Notes: generated by a model from the sequence alone, not told the origin. DNA of 64,000 bases from Verrucomicrobiales bacterium (GCA_028712475.1 JAQTQB010000010.1:50077-114076); one strand, 5' to 3'. Shown: positions 54,451 to 63,903, numbered from the stretch's first letter. Made by a program: numbers and translations.

Positions 54451-55017
54451 TTATGAAGCGTTGAGTTTTATGAGTGCGATGATTTCCATCCTGAACGAAA
54501 GTTTTTCACCTTCATTTCCAGATGGTTCGATGGTGAGGCCGGCCACACGGACGTGGGGGAAATTATTTTCCAAATCCGCCACAAATTTTCCGATGTCATG
54601 GTAGTAACCCCTGCCAGCGACAATGAAACGCATCTGCTTATATGGAAAAGACGGAATCAAATCCACTTCACCCTCCACTGGATGGCCAATTTCTGGAATC
54701 TCGACTTTGTATTGCTGCTTGAAAAGGCGCAGGGTGTTGTAAGCCCAGGAATAGAGATCGCCCGAAGCCGTGTCCTCCTCGGCCCGCGAAAGTGCAGCCG
54801 TCACGGTGATCAGCTCGTTGGTGGTCAAACCGGCATTTTTAATGGTTTTTTCAATGCCCTGAAGTTGAACTTCGGCAGCTTTCCGGCTTTGTCCAACTCT
54901 GGCAAGAACGGAACTTTGAGAGCGAATGAGACCAAAATAAATTAGCATCAGTATCGCCACCGTTATAGCCACGACGATGATGAACGGATTACGTTTTTCT
55001 TTAGGCAGCCATTTCAT
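54451..55017 (-). CDS. pilO: PilO-like type IV pilus assembly protein
   Basis: 188 aa. N-terminal TM helix, a coiled coil, then a C-terminal alpha/beta domain. ATGA overlap with pilN. Confidence 0.6.
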   Translation of the reverse strand: MKWLPKEKRNPFIIVVAITVAILMLIYFGLIRSQSSVLARVGQSRKAAEVQLQGIEKTIKNAGLTTNELITVTAALSRAEEDTASGDLYSWAYNTLRLFKQQYKVEIPEIGHPVEGEVDLIPSFPYKQMRFIVAGRGYYHDIGKFVADLENNFPHVRVAGLTIEPSGNEGEKLSFRMEIIALIKLNAS

Positions 55018-55685
55018 TGGGTTTTTTCAGGATAATAACATTCCAAGTTGAACATCACATACGGCCGGACATCCGGACCGCTTTGCGGCGACGACAAGCT
55101 GATCAGTTTGACTCCATTGGTCTGGTTTAACATTGTTTTGAAATAAGCCTGACTGGCGATTTTTTCCTTGAACTTGTCAACTGCATCCCCGGGGTTCGCA
55201 CTAAAATCCTTCGCGTCAAGCGCCAGAACTATATTTTGGGTGACGGTTGCTGGATGACCCAATATAACGTGGTTGTTGTTCGTCTGATTTGCCACGCCTG
55301 GCGTGTTCACAAAAGACTGGCTTAATCGTATCCTCATCAGCTGGACGCCGTCCATGGTCGCCAGTTGCAAAGCGTTTAAATAATTACCGTGCAGGAAGCG
55401 GGCGTTGCTCAACTGCTGTAATGACTCCAGTTTTCCCTTGATGGCGGTAACTTTTCTCTGGCTGACCAGCACCGTCTGATATTCGTTAGTGCGGGTCATG
55501 ATCTCCGCCTGCACCCGGGACAGATCCTTTTTAGAAATAAGAACCTCAAGCTGAAGAGAGCTGCTCCAAACCAAGGCGAACACCACTAAAAACGCGCCGA
55601 CAAACATCGCCCGCTTTACGGGGTCGCGACGACGCAATTCTTCTGCGATTTTAGCTTCCGCCAGCAAATTGATACGTATGGGCAT
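55014..55685 (-). CDS. pilN: PilN (fimbrial assembly) protein
   Basis: N-terminal IRINLLAE motif, one TM helix and a coiled coil. Confidence 0.75.
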   Translation of the reverse strand: MPIRINLLAEAKIAEELRRRDPVKRAMFVGAFLVVFALVWSSSLQLEVLISKKDLSRVQAEIMTRTNEYQTVLVSQRKVTAIKGKLESLQQLSNARFLHGNYLNALQLATMDGVQLMRIRLSQSFVNTPGVANQTNNNHVILGHPATVTQNIVLALDAKDFSANPGDAVDKFKEKIASQAYFKTMLNQTNGVKLISLSSPQSGPDVRPYVMFNLECYYPEKTQ

Positions 55686-55700
55686 AACCAGATATAAAAA

Positions 55701-56780
55701 TTATAAGGCCACCAGTGCAGCGCCGACCGCCACGGCCAACTGCGGTCCTATTTGCTCAATCTCCACCGCCTGTTGCCCCGGCAACGACAACTGCAGAAAC
55801 CTGCTCGGATTCCATGTCTTGCATTCGACAATCAATTCGGCGTGCAATATCTCCAAGATCATTTCCGACCGTGCCGAGCCTCCGCTCACATAAACCTGGG
55901 TCACCGGGCGATCCTGTTGGTGCTCGAAAAAATCCAGCGACGCCCGCAACTCCCGCCCCAACGGCGTCACTTGCATTTCCAACGATGACTGGACTTCCGG
56001 AGCCATGCCGACCTTGATGCCTTCGGCCTCCGCATAGCTGATGCTCATCGCCTCGGCCAGCCCCCTCGTCACATTGTCTCCGCCGATGTTCACCACGCGC
56101 GTCAATGCCAGCTCGCCGTGATCCAGCACGCAGATCACTGTGTGCTTGAAACCGATGTCCACCAACGCCACGACTTCATTGGCAAAAACTTCCGGCAGCG
56201 CCATTTCAAAAGCATTTATGGGGCCGACGAGCCCTGGAACCATGTAGTCAGCCACCAAGCCGGCCGATTTGATGGCCGCCTGATAATCACTCACCAACTG
56301 CTGCTTCGCGCCCGTCACCAGAACTTTGGATTTGCCAACGCCTGATGTTTTTGAAATTTCGGCCAGATTGCCGGGCGTCACGGGCTTCGGCGGAAAAATG
56401 TGGCAATCGAAAACGTGCCCCGGCAGATCCTGTTGCAAATAGCCCTTGGTATTATTTTTCAACACCATCCGCATTTCATCCATTGGAATGTTCGGCAAGT
56501 CCACCTGCCGGACAACCGCGTCATCAAGCCCGACGGACAGCGTGATATATTTGGCATCCGTTTCCAAAGCCTCCACCACGGTTTTCAAATGTTCAGCCAG
56601 TAATTCCGATGAGATTTTTTTTTCGAAAATCGGCGCGTCCAGCAACGCATACCGGCACAAAGACCAAACCTCGCCCCGCTGTTCAAGGAACACCGCTTTC
56701 GTGGTGCGGGCCCCCAAATCAACCGAGACTATCTGCGTCCGCTTCCTTTTTTTAGAGCCGTTTAAGAATGGCAATGCCAT
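55701..56780 (-). CDS. pilM: Type IV pilus assembly ATPase-like protein PilM
   Basis: Start MALPFLNGSKKRK... Actin-like fold (VSVDLGARTTKAV, VDIGFKHTV, VSGGSAR). Confidence 0.85.
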   Translation of the reverse strand: MALPFLNGSKKRKRTQIVSVDLGARTTKAVFLEQRGEVWSLCRYALLDAPIFEKKISSELLAEHLKTVVEALETDAKYITLSVGLDDAVVRQVDLPNIPMDEMRMVLKNNTKGYLQQDLPGHVFDCHIFPPKPVTPGNLAEISKTSGVGKSKVLVTGAKQQLVSDYQAAIKSAGLVADYMVPGLVGPINAFEMALPEVFANEVVALVDIGFKHTVICVLDHGELALTRVVNIGGDNVTRGLAEAMSISYAEAEGIKVGMAPEVQSSLEMQVTPLGRELRASLDFFEHQQDRPVTQVYVSGGSARSEMILEILHAELIVECKTWNPSRFLQLSLPGQQAVEIEQIGPQLAVAVGAALVAL

Positions 56781-56967
56781 GTGCGTTTCTTTTTTAAGTG
56801 TTAAGTTATTCAATTGCAACCTGCAATTTAATCTGTGCTGCCCACCTTCTAGCAACCCATGCGCCAATCCAGTTAATGGAGAAAACTGCGGAAATTACCT
56901 CAAAAACAGCGGCCTTTTGTCCCGCCACAAGGCGGGAATGTCTAGAAACGCGTCCACTTATTTTAAA

Positions 56968-58863
56968 TCACGGCTTCCAGATCATATCCGCCACGGTGCG
57001 GCCAGCCGGGATGAATGGAATGACGTGTGTGCTGTAAGGCGTCACCACGTCGAGGACGTAAGGTTCATCGGCGTCAAGCATCCGCTGGATCGCGGCGCGG
57101 AGATCTTTTTTATACATCACGCGCTCACATTTCACATTGAAGGAATTGCACACGCGGACGTAATCAGGATAAATCTGCGCGCGATGGTCGGGATCGCCAA
57201 GATAAGTATGGCCGCGGTTGCCCTCGAAAAAATTATCCTCCCACTGCACGACCATGCCAAGATGCTGGTTGTTCAGGATGATGGCTTTCGCCGCAATTTT
57301 CTCGATGTGCGCGGTGGCAAGTTCCTGGATGTTCATCAGGAACGAACCGTCGCCGTCAATGTCAATGACCTGCTTGTCAGGCAAGGCGACTTTGACGCCG
57401 AGCGCGGCGGGGTAGCCGTAACCCATCGAGCCAAGACCTGCGCTGGTGATGAACTGGCGCGGGTATTTGTATTTATACCATTGGCCGGCCCACATCTGAT
57501 GCTGGCCTACGCCGGTGGTGATGTAGGCTTCGCCCTTGGTCATTTCGTATAGCAGCTCGACGACCATTTGTTGCAGGATGACTTCATTCTCTTGCCCGCC
57601 GAGATGGTCTTTCATGTGGTCGCTGTTCGCGATCTCGCTGGTGATGCGATAAGCAAACGGCGCCTTCTTCTGCCACTCGGCGATCTGGGCGAGCCACGGC
57701 GTGTGCCTCTTGGTGATCGGACGCTTGGCCACCAATTTGTTCAGTCGCGTCAAAGCGTCCTTGATGTCGCCAACAACCGGCAAGTGCGCCTTGCGATTTT
57801 TGTTCAACTCCGACGCATCAATGTCCACATGAACAATCGTGCCGTTCTTGCAAAATTCCTCGAACTTTCCGGTCACGCGATCATCGAACCGAACGCCGAA
57901 CGCAAGCAGCAGATCCGCGCCGTCTTTCAACTTCACCATCGGATCATCGAAAGTTTTGCGGTGCTCGTATTCACCGTTCACCGCCCAGTTCGCGGAAGCC
58001 GATCCGTGCATGCCAAGCCAGCGCAATGAAAGCGGATGCGTTTCTGGAAAACCGCCGACGCCCATGATCGTGGTCGTCACGGGAATATTCGTCGCCTCGG
58101 CAAATTTTTTCAACTCCGCCGCCGCTCCGCTCGTGATGATGCCGCCGCCGCAATAAATCACGGGACGCTCGGCCTTCTCGATTAGACCCATGATTTCATT
58201 GAGCGCGATGTCGTCCGCTTTCAAATCGGGCTGCGTATAGCCGGGCAGGCCTTTCTTGATTTCCTCAAGCGTCGGCCAGACGGGCTGGGTTTTCTGCTGC
58301 TGGATATTTTTCGGAAAATCAAGCACGACTGGGCCGGGGCGGCCGGATTGGGCGATATAAAACGCCTCTTTCACGATGCGCGGAATGTCGTTGATGTCGG
58401 TTATCAGATAAGAATGTTTCACGATCGGCAAAGTCACGCCGATGATGTCGGTTTCCTGAAACGCGCCGCGCCCGATCATCGCCTGGCTCACCTGCCCTGT
58501 GATGGCGATGAGCGGACAGGAATCCATGTAGGCGTCCGCGATGGCGGTGACGAGGTTCGTTGCACCCGGACCGCTGGTGCCCATGCACACGCCCGCCTTG
58601 CCGGTGGCGCGGGCGTAGCCTTCCGCCGCGAAACTGCCGCCCTGTTCGTGGCGCGGGAGAATCGTGCGGATTTTGGAGGTCGTGAGCGACTGGTGGATTT
58701 CCATGCTCGCGCCGCCGGGATAGGCAAAAATGACCTCCACGCCTTCGCGTTCGAGGGCTTGGACAAAGATGTCGCGCCCCAACATGGCCGGGCCGACTTC
58801 GGCGCGCACCCTGGGCTTCGCGGTTGCGGATTTCTGTTTTGCGATTTCAGTTGTCTTGCTCAT
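56968..58863 (-). CDS. ilvB: Acetolactate synthase, large (catalytic) subunit
   Basis: Start MSKTTEIAKQK... TPP motif GLGSMGYGYPAALG..DIDGDGSFLMN. Confidence 0.92.
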   Translation of the reverse strand: MSKTTEIAKQKSATAKPRVRAEVGPAMLGRDIFVQALEREGVEVIFAYPGGASMEIHQSLTTSKIRTILPRHEQGGSFAAEGYARATGKAGVCMGTSGPGATNLVTAIADAYMDSCPLIAITGQVSQAMIGRGAFQETDIIGVTLPIVKHSYLITDINDIPRIVKEAFYIAQSGRPGPVVLDFPKNIQQQKTQPVWPTLEEIKKGLPGYTQPDLKADDIALNEIMGLIEKAERPVIYCGGGIITSGAAAELKKFAEATNIPVTTTIMGVGGFPETHPLSLRWLGMHGSASANWAVNGEYEHRKTFDDPMVKLKDGADLLLAFGVRFDDRVTGKFEEFCKNGTIVHVDIDASELNKNRKAHLPVVGDIKDALTRLNKLVAKRPITKRHTPWLAQIAEWQKKAPFAYRITSEIANSDHMKDHLGGQENEVILQQMVVELLYEMTKGEAYITTGVGQHQMWAGQWYKYKYPRQFITSAGLGSMGYGYPAALGVKVALPDKQVIDIDGDGSFLMNIQELATAHIEKIAAKAIILNNQHLGMVVQWEDNFFEGNRGHTYLGDPDHRAQIYPDYVRVCNSFNVKCERVMYKKDLRAAIQRMLDADEPYVLDVVTPYSTHVIPFIPAGRTVADMIWKP

Positions 58864-58898
58864 GTGTCTTTCGGTTGTGGCTGGCCGTCGCGGGTCAA

Positions 58899-58931
58899 AC
58901 AAAAAAACCCACGACTTTTTAGCCGTGGGTT
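58899..58931 (-). terminator. Rho-independent terminator after the MFS gene
   Basis: Stem ACCCACG/CGTGGGT (58907-58930). On the minus-strand transcript it is followed by the run TTTTTTTGTTTG. Confidence 0.55.
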
Positions 58932-59035
58932 CTTGTTAAAATTATTTCAGTTCAACAAGCGCCAACGGCGTCGCTTACTACGGCGACGACCAGAATGACA
59001 ACTTGTGAATTATTTTTCAACATTGCGATTAAACT

Positions 59036-60460
59036 TTATGACGCCATCCCGGCCTGGTCAAGTTTTGATTTGGCAGCCGCTTCACCAGCGGTAATGTCGC
59101 TTGCGATCATCCGCCGCTGTTTGCGCATCACCATCAACATCGCGCAGCCACCGATGAGGCCGAACCCGGCCATGGTCGGATACCAAGTTCCCCAGCCGTA
59201 ATGTTTGATCAACCAGCCGGTGATGGGCAGCGCAACCGCCGCGCCGTAGTATTGAAAGGAGTCAATCACGCCCGTGGCGAAACCGGCCATCTTGCGCCCG
59301 CCGATGTCCATGGGCGCGGCCGCCCCGACGATTGCATGGGTGGAATTGGCTGTGAGTGAAACCAGAATGAGAAACAAGCAGCCAAGAAAAATGCCGCCTG
59401 GCGTCGGCCCGACGATGCCCATGTAGATGACCATCGCCGCGATCATGATCACGAGGCTTTCAAAGTAGTAGAGCGTCATGGCCACTGGCGAACGATGCCC
59501 CTTGAAAAACTTGTCCGACACCCAGCCTGCCGTGAACGAACCCAGCACGGCCGCCAGCGGCATCAGGTTGAACGTCCAGAAAACCGCCGCCGGTTTCCTG
59601 GCCATGTCGAGATGCAGTTGATTGACGAAGTAGAGCACCGAGAGTTGATCCGAGCTGTTGCGCACCGCGCCCGTGCAGCCGTAGGCCACCGCATAAAACC
59701 ACACCAACGGATGCTTGAAGATAGTGACAAAGGATTCCTTGATGCTAACGCGCGTCCCCACGTCGCCTTCCGTGGCTTCATCATGCACCACGCCGGGATA
59801 ACCGGCCTGTTCGGGGCTTTCCTTGGGAATGAACGCCAGCAGGATGGCCGCCGCCGCCACGAACAACGGCGGGATGCGAAACAACCAATGCCAGTCGCCC
59901 TTGGCCGCCGTCCACGCGAAGATGGTGAATCCACCAAGGAGGACCGGCGCCAGATTATTGATGGCGAACTGCCCCAGCTGGATCATGAATCCAAAAATGC
60001 CCGCAAACGTTCCGCGCTCGGCGCGGTTGAACCACGCGGCGTTGATCTTCACCATGCCCGGCGCGCCGAACGATTGAAACCACCCGTTCAAAAGCCAGAT
60101 GAGCGCAAAGGTCGAGAAGGTTCCTGCAAAGGAGGCAAACCCGAAAATCAGATTCATGGTGATCGTCCCCGCCGCACCGATGAGCATGGCCGTCTTGCCA
60201 CCGATGCGGTCGGTGAGCAGGCCGTTCACCAGTTGTCCCGTGCCATAGGCGATTGACCAGGCGCTCAACATGCCGGTGATCTGCACCTCGTCGAATCCGA
60301 ATTCCTTGACCATCCCCGGCGTGGCGAACCGGAAATTGTAGCGGCACATGTAATAGGACGCATACATCAGGCCGAGGATGAACCAGTTCAAACCGCGACG
60401 CGCACGGAAACCGGGGGGATATTTCGGACGGGCAAAGGCGGCGGGCGCGTTTAAGTTCAT
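59036..60460 (-). CDS. MFS transporter, organophosphate:Pi antiporter (GlpT/UhpC-like) family
   Basis: Start MNLNAPAAF... N-terminal YYMCRYNFRFATPGM..SIAYGTGQLVNGLLTDRIGGK resembles the OPA family. 12 TM helices. Confidence 0.8.
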   Translation of the reverse strand: MNLNAPAAFARPKYPPGFRARRGLNWFILGLMYASYYMCRYNFRFATPGMVKEFGFDEVQITGMLSAWSIAYGTGQLVNGLLTDRIGGKTAMLIGAAGTITMNLIFGFASFAGTFSTFALIWLLNGWFQSFGAPGMVKINAAWFNRAERGTFAGIFGFMIQLGQFAINNLAPVLLGGFTIFAWTAAKGDWHWLFRIPPLFVAAAAILLAFIPKESPEQAGYPGVVHDEATEGDVGTRVSIKESFVTIFKHPLVWFYAVAYGCTGAVRNSSDQLSVLYFVNQLHLDMARKPAAVFWTFNLMPLAAVLGSFTAGWVSDKFFKGHRSPVAMTLYYFESLVIMIAAMVIYMGIVGPTPGGIFLGCLFLILVSLTANSTHAIVGAAAPMDIGGRKMAGFATGVIDSFQYYGAAVALPITGWLIKHYGWGTWYPTMAGFGLIGGCAMLMVMRKQRRMIASDITAGEAAAKSKLDQAGMAS

Positions 60461-60539
60461 GCGTGAGTCAAACAATCCTTTGTTTTGCAAGAATAGACCA
60501 AACCCATCCCAAAGGGTCAAAGGTATTTCACACTTTGCA

Positions 60540-60576
60540 AAAATGAGAAGGGCCACGGAAAACTCCGTGGCCCTTG
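60540..60576 (-). terminator. Rho-independent terminator after rplI
   Basis: 11-bp stem AAGGGCCACGG/CCGTGGCCCTT (60548-60575). On the minus-strand transcript it is followed by CTCATTTTTGC. Confidence 0.6.
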
Positions 60577-60598
60577 AAAACAGAATATTGGGACGCGA

Positions 60599-61219
60599 TT
60601 ACCCGGCCTTGGCTTTCTTTTCAGCCTTGGGAGCTTTTGCCGCTTTTTCGCCTTTGGCCGCCTTTGGCTTTTCTTCGGCGACTTCGGCTTTTTCCACACG
60701 CTTGCCGCGCTTTTCAGTCCGGGCTTCGGCAGGAGCCGCTTCCACCACCGGCGCGATGACCGGGGTCAAACTTTCCACGCGCACCTTCAACGTGCTTTTG
60801 ACTTCCGCATGCAGATGCAGGGCCACTTCGTGTTCGCCCAGCGCACGGATGGGGCTCTCGAGATGAATCTTCTTTTTGTCGAGAGTGATGTCGAACTGAT
60901 GCTTCATCTCGTCGGCAATCATTCCTGATGTCACCGAGCCGAACATCTTGCCGTCGTCGCCCGCCTTGACCTTGATGACACAGATCAGTTTCGAGACGCT
61001 CTTGGCGAGTTCGGTCATCGCGTTGAATTCATGCGCTTCGCGCTCGGCGCGGCGCTGCTTGAGCGACTCAATGCGCCGCTTGTTTGCGCCGCTCAACGGA
61101 ATCGCAAAACCTTGCGGAAACAAATAGTTGCGCGCGTAGCCGGCGGCCACTTTGACCTGGTCGGATTCACCGCCGAGACCGACGATGTTGTGAGTGAGGA
61201 TAACTTCAGTTTTAGCCAT
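60599..61219 (-). CDS. rplI: 50S ribosomal protein L9 with a Lys/Ala/Glu-rich C-terminal extension
   Basis: Starts MAKTEVILTHNIVGLGGESDQVKVAAGYARNYLFPQGFA. 206 aa. Confidence 0.9.
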   Translation of the reverse strand: MAKTEVILTHNIVGLGGESDQVKVAAGYARNYLFPQGFAIPLSGANKRRIESLKQRRAEREAHEFNAMTELAKSVSKLICVIKVKAGDDGKMFGSVTSGMIADEMKHQFDITLDKKKIHLESPIRALGEHEVALHLHAEVKSTLKVRVESLTPVIAPVVEAAPAEARTEKRGKRVEKAEVAEEKPKAAKGEKAAKAPKAEKKAKAG

Positions 61220-61254
61220 ACGAAAATAATTTTGAAATTGCTACGGTTGAAAAA

Positions 61255-61716
61255 TCAGAACGGAACGTCGTCGTCGTGTGGCGGCTCGGAATCACCAGAT
61301 TCCGGCGCCGGGGCGGATGATGCAGCGGCAGCCGGACGCGGCGCGCGCGGAGCCGCCGGTGCGCCTTCCCCTTCCCCGCCGCGGTTTGAATCAATGAACG
61401 AAAAGCTTTCGAGGACGACCTTGAGCTTGGTCTGCTTCTGCTTCGTGTTTTTGTCCTCCCATGAATCCTGCTTGAGTCGGCCTTCGACAAGCAATGGACG
61501 GCCTTTTTTCATGTATTGCCCTATGACCTCGGCCTGACGGCCCCAGACATCAACATCCACGAAACTGACTTCTTCCTTGCTCTCACCACTCTCGCTTTTC
61601 CATGTGCGGTTCACAGCCAGGGTGATGCGCGCCACCGCCGTGCCTTTGGGCGTGTAGCGCAATTCAGGATCGCGGGTCAGATTCCCGGCGATGATCACTT
61701 TGTTGAAGCTGGCCAT
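61255..61716 (-). CDS. ssb: Single-stranded DNA-binding protein
   Basis: MASFNKVIIAGNLTRDPELRYTP.. OB fold, a Gly/Pro/Ala linker and the acidic tip DDDVPF. Confidence 0.92.
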   Translation of the reverse strand: MASFNKVIIAGNLTRDPELRYTPKGTAVARITLAVNRTWKSESGESKEEVSFVDVDVWGRQAEVIGQYMKKGRPLLVEGRLKQDSWEDKNTKQKQTKLKVVLESFSFIDSNRGGEGEGAPAAPRAPRPAAAASSAPAPESGDSEPPHDDDVPF

Positions 61717-61725
61717 GACTATAAA

Positions 61726-62031
61726 TTATTTCGCGGGTTTCAGCTCCGGCGATTCGGTGAACAGCACGCGGAACACCTCCTCGTTCAGGCTGAACTTGGA
61801 ATGCAACTGCGCGATGATCTCGGGCGTGCCGGCGAAAATGATGTTCGCGTAAAAACCGGCGGTGTGTTTTTTGTTCGCGATGCGGGCAAAACCTTTCTTA
61901 TCCATTTTTTGCACGGTTTCGACTTTGCCACCCGCCGTGGCGATGTCCGCAGAAATCTTGTCGAGCGCGTCTTTGACGCTCTCTTCCTTGCCCGCTGTGT
62001 TCAAGATGAACAGACCTTCGTATCGTTTCAC
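61726..62031 (-). CDS. rpsF: 30S ribosomal protein S6
   Basis: Starts MKRYEGLFILNTAGKEES... 101 aa. Confidence 0.9.
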   Translation of the reverse strand: MKRYEGLFILNTAGKEESVKDALDKISADIATAGGKVETVQKMDKKGFARIANKKHTAGFYANIIFAGTPEIIAQLHSKFSLNEEVFRVLFTESPELKPAK

Positions 62032-62633
62032 TATTTTTTCTTTTCGTTCGTGGAGTCAACGACTCCGTTAAACTGGTTCATTGCCTTTTCAATCCCGCCG
62101 TCCAGCCAGCATTCAACCTGGTCGGACGCCCGGGCCAAAACTTTTTCCAACCCCGCGCCCTCGGCCGGATCAAACCGGCCAAGAACAAAATTCGCAATCT
62201 CCCGCGAGCCGTCTTTCCGGCCAATCCCGATCCGCAACCGGGCAAACCCGCGCGAACCCAGATGCTGCTCTATGGACTCCAGCCCGTGATGCCCGCCGCT
62301 GCTGCCACTGGCGCGCAGCCGGATTTCGCCCAAGGGCAGATCCGCATCGTCCACCGCCACCAACAGTTGCTTCAGCGGCAACTGATGAAAATTCTTCAAT
62401 GCCCCGACCGTCTCGCCGCTCAAATTCATGAACGTCTGCGGCTCGCAGAGCAAAACGCGCCTGCCATTGCGTTCGCTCCTGGCGATCCGCGCGTCGAACT
62501 TCCGTTCGTTCGTCCAGTCCGTTTTCCAGCGCGCCGCCAGTTTTTCGACCAGCAAAAATCCGGCGTTGTGGCGCGTCCTCGCGTATTCCGCGCCGGGATT
62601 TCCCAGACCCACGATGAGATGCAACGGCTCCAT
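62031..62633 (-). CDS. pth: Peptidyl-tRNA hydrolase
   Basis: LIVGLGNPGAEYARTRHNAGF signature. Confidence 0.92.
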   Translation of the reverse strand: MEPLHLIVGLGNPGAEYARTRHNAGFLLVEKLAARWKTDWTNERKFDARIARSERNGRRVLLCEPQTFMNLSGETVGALKNFHQLPLKQLLVAVDDADLPLGEIRLRASGSSGGHHGLESIEQHLGSRGFARLRIGIGRKDGSREIANFVLGRFDPAEGAGLEKVLARASDQVECWLDGGIEKAMNQFNGVVDSTNEKKK

Positions 62634-62672
62634 GCGCGGGAAAGGCGGCTCCGCATTGCGGAACCGCTAAAA

Positions 62673-63443
62673 TTATTTCTTCTTCTCGGCCTTGGCTTCG
62701 GGTTTGGCCTCGGCTTTTTTGTCTCCGGCAGCGGCGGCTTTCGCGTCGCCCTTGGCCGGAGCTTTGTCGCCAGCTTTGCCAGCGGGCGCGGCATCGGTGC
62801 CTTCTTCTTTCTTTTCCTTGGTCATCTCGACATCGCCCGCAGCCGGAGCAGCGGCGGTCGCGACGACTTCTTCTTCGGCGCGCGGCGCGGCGACCGCGAC
62901 AACGGTAATGTGCTTGTCGCCGATAATTTCAACACCTTCGGGCGCTTTAATGTCGCCGATGTGAATGGATTTGCCGATTTCGAGCGCGGTCACATCCAAC
63001 ACGATTTGTTCCGGCAAATCTTTTGGCAGGGAACGGACTTTGAGCTTGAACAAAATATGTTCCAGCGTGCCGCCGCCCGTTTTCACGCCGGCGGGTTCGC
63101 CGGTCGTTTCCACCGGCACTTGCACGGTGACTTTTTCGTTCTCGGCAACTTCATGGAAATCAACGTGCAGCACCTTGCCGTCGAGCGGGTGATGCTGGAT
63201 TTCCTGCACGAGCGCGAGGCGCTTGGAGCGGGCGTCGTTTTCGACGGACAAATCCACGAGCAAATTTTCCGAGGCGGCGTGGTTCAGCAGGTCGGCAAAA
63301 TCCTTGGAAACAACCTCCAGGTTTTGCGGCTTGGCCTGGCGGCCATAAATGGTGGCGGGCACGCGGCCCGACGCGCGGAGTTTTTTCACTTCGGCGCGTT
63401 GCACTTGCGAACGCGGATAGGCTTTTAATGCGACTGATTTCAT
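62673..63443 (-). CDS. rplY: 50S ribosomal protein L25/general stress protein Ctc with a Lys/Ala-rich tail
   Basis: ..RASGRVPATIYG.. N-domain and the Ctc beta-barrel C-domain. 256 aa. Confidence 0.9.
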   Translation of the reverse strand: MKSVALKAYPRSQVQRAEVKKLRASGRVPATIYGRQAKPQNLEVVSKDFADLLNHAASENLLVDLSVENDARSKRLALVQEIQHHPLDGKVLHVDFHEVAENEKVTVQVPVETTGEPAGVKTGGGTLEHILFKLKVRSLPKDLPEQIVLDVTALEIGKSIHIGDIKAPEGVEIIGDKHITVVAVAAPRAEEEVVATAAAPAAGDVEMTKEKKEEGTDAAPAGKAGDKAPAKGDAKAAAAGDKKAEAKPEAKAEKKK

Positions 63444-63612
63444 TTTTCTTAAATCTTATTTCTTTGGCGGCGCATCAACGCGCTGATTGAACCAAAGGGC
63501 GGAAGAAAATATCAGTTGCCGCCCGTCCGTCAATAACTGATTTCTGGAATTTTAGTCCACCAAACGAGGCAAGGCCAGCCTGTCAAGACGAGGACTGACC
63601 CCTTGTTGAGGA

Positions 63613-63903
63613 TCGTCCGGGTGGGGGGGCGAGTTTTTGAGTTTGAGCGGGCTGACGCCGCGCTGCTACGAGAGGGTGGCATCAAGCGTGAGCTTGATCT
63701 TTATTCTTCCGAAATGGGGAGCGTCCGGGTGGGGCGCGAGTTTTTGAGTTTGAGCGGGCGCACGCCGCGCTGCTACGCCGTATTTCGTAGCATCAAGCGT
63801 GAGCTTGATCATTATTCCGGATTTGGGGTGTCGTGGGTTGGCGAATGTTTTTTTGAGTTAGAGCGGGCGCCCGCCCGCTGCTACGGACGTTTTTTACGGA
63901 CGG
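63613..63903. repeat. Tandem repeat, about 108-bp unit, 2 full copies plus 1 degenerate copy, each with internal hairpins
   Basis: CGTCCGGGTGGGG occurs at 63614 and 63722, with a degenerate GTCGTGGGTTGG at 63830. Each unit contains GAGCGGGC..GCTGCTACG. The first two units also contain the hairpin ATCAAGCGTGAGCTTGAT. Confidence 0.7.

Noticed and set aside
56920-56937. Hairpin TCCCGCC-ACAA-GGCGGGA downstream of ilvB as a terminator
   Set aside because: On the ilvB strand it is followed by CAAAAGG rather than a U-tract. It more likely belongs to the short hairpin repeat family.
61212-61490. 92-aa Arg-rich minus-strand ORF overlapping the ssb 3' end, considered as a possible displaced rpsR (S18)
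   Set aside because: It is an alternative frame of the Gly/Pro/Ala-rich SSB linker region and bears no resemblance to S18 (no ..KFCRF.. / ..SGKI.PSR.TG.. pattern).
63613-63903. Possible CRISPR array
   Set aside because: The units are contiguous 108-bp tandem copies without unique spacers, and no cas genes are nearby.
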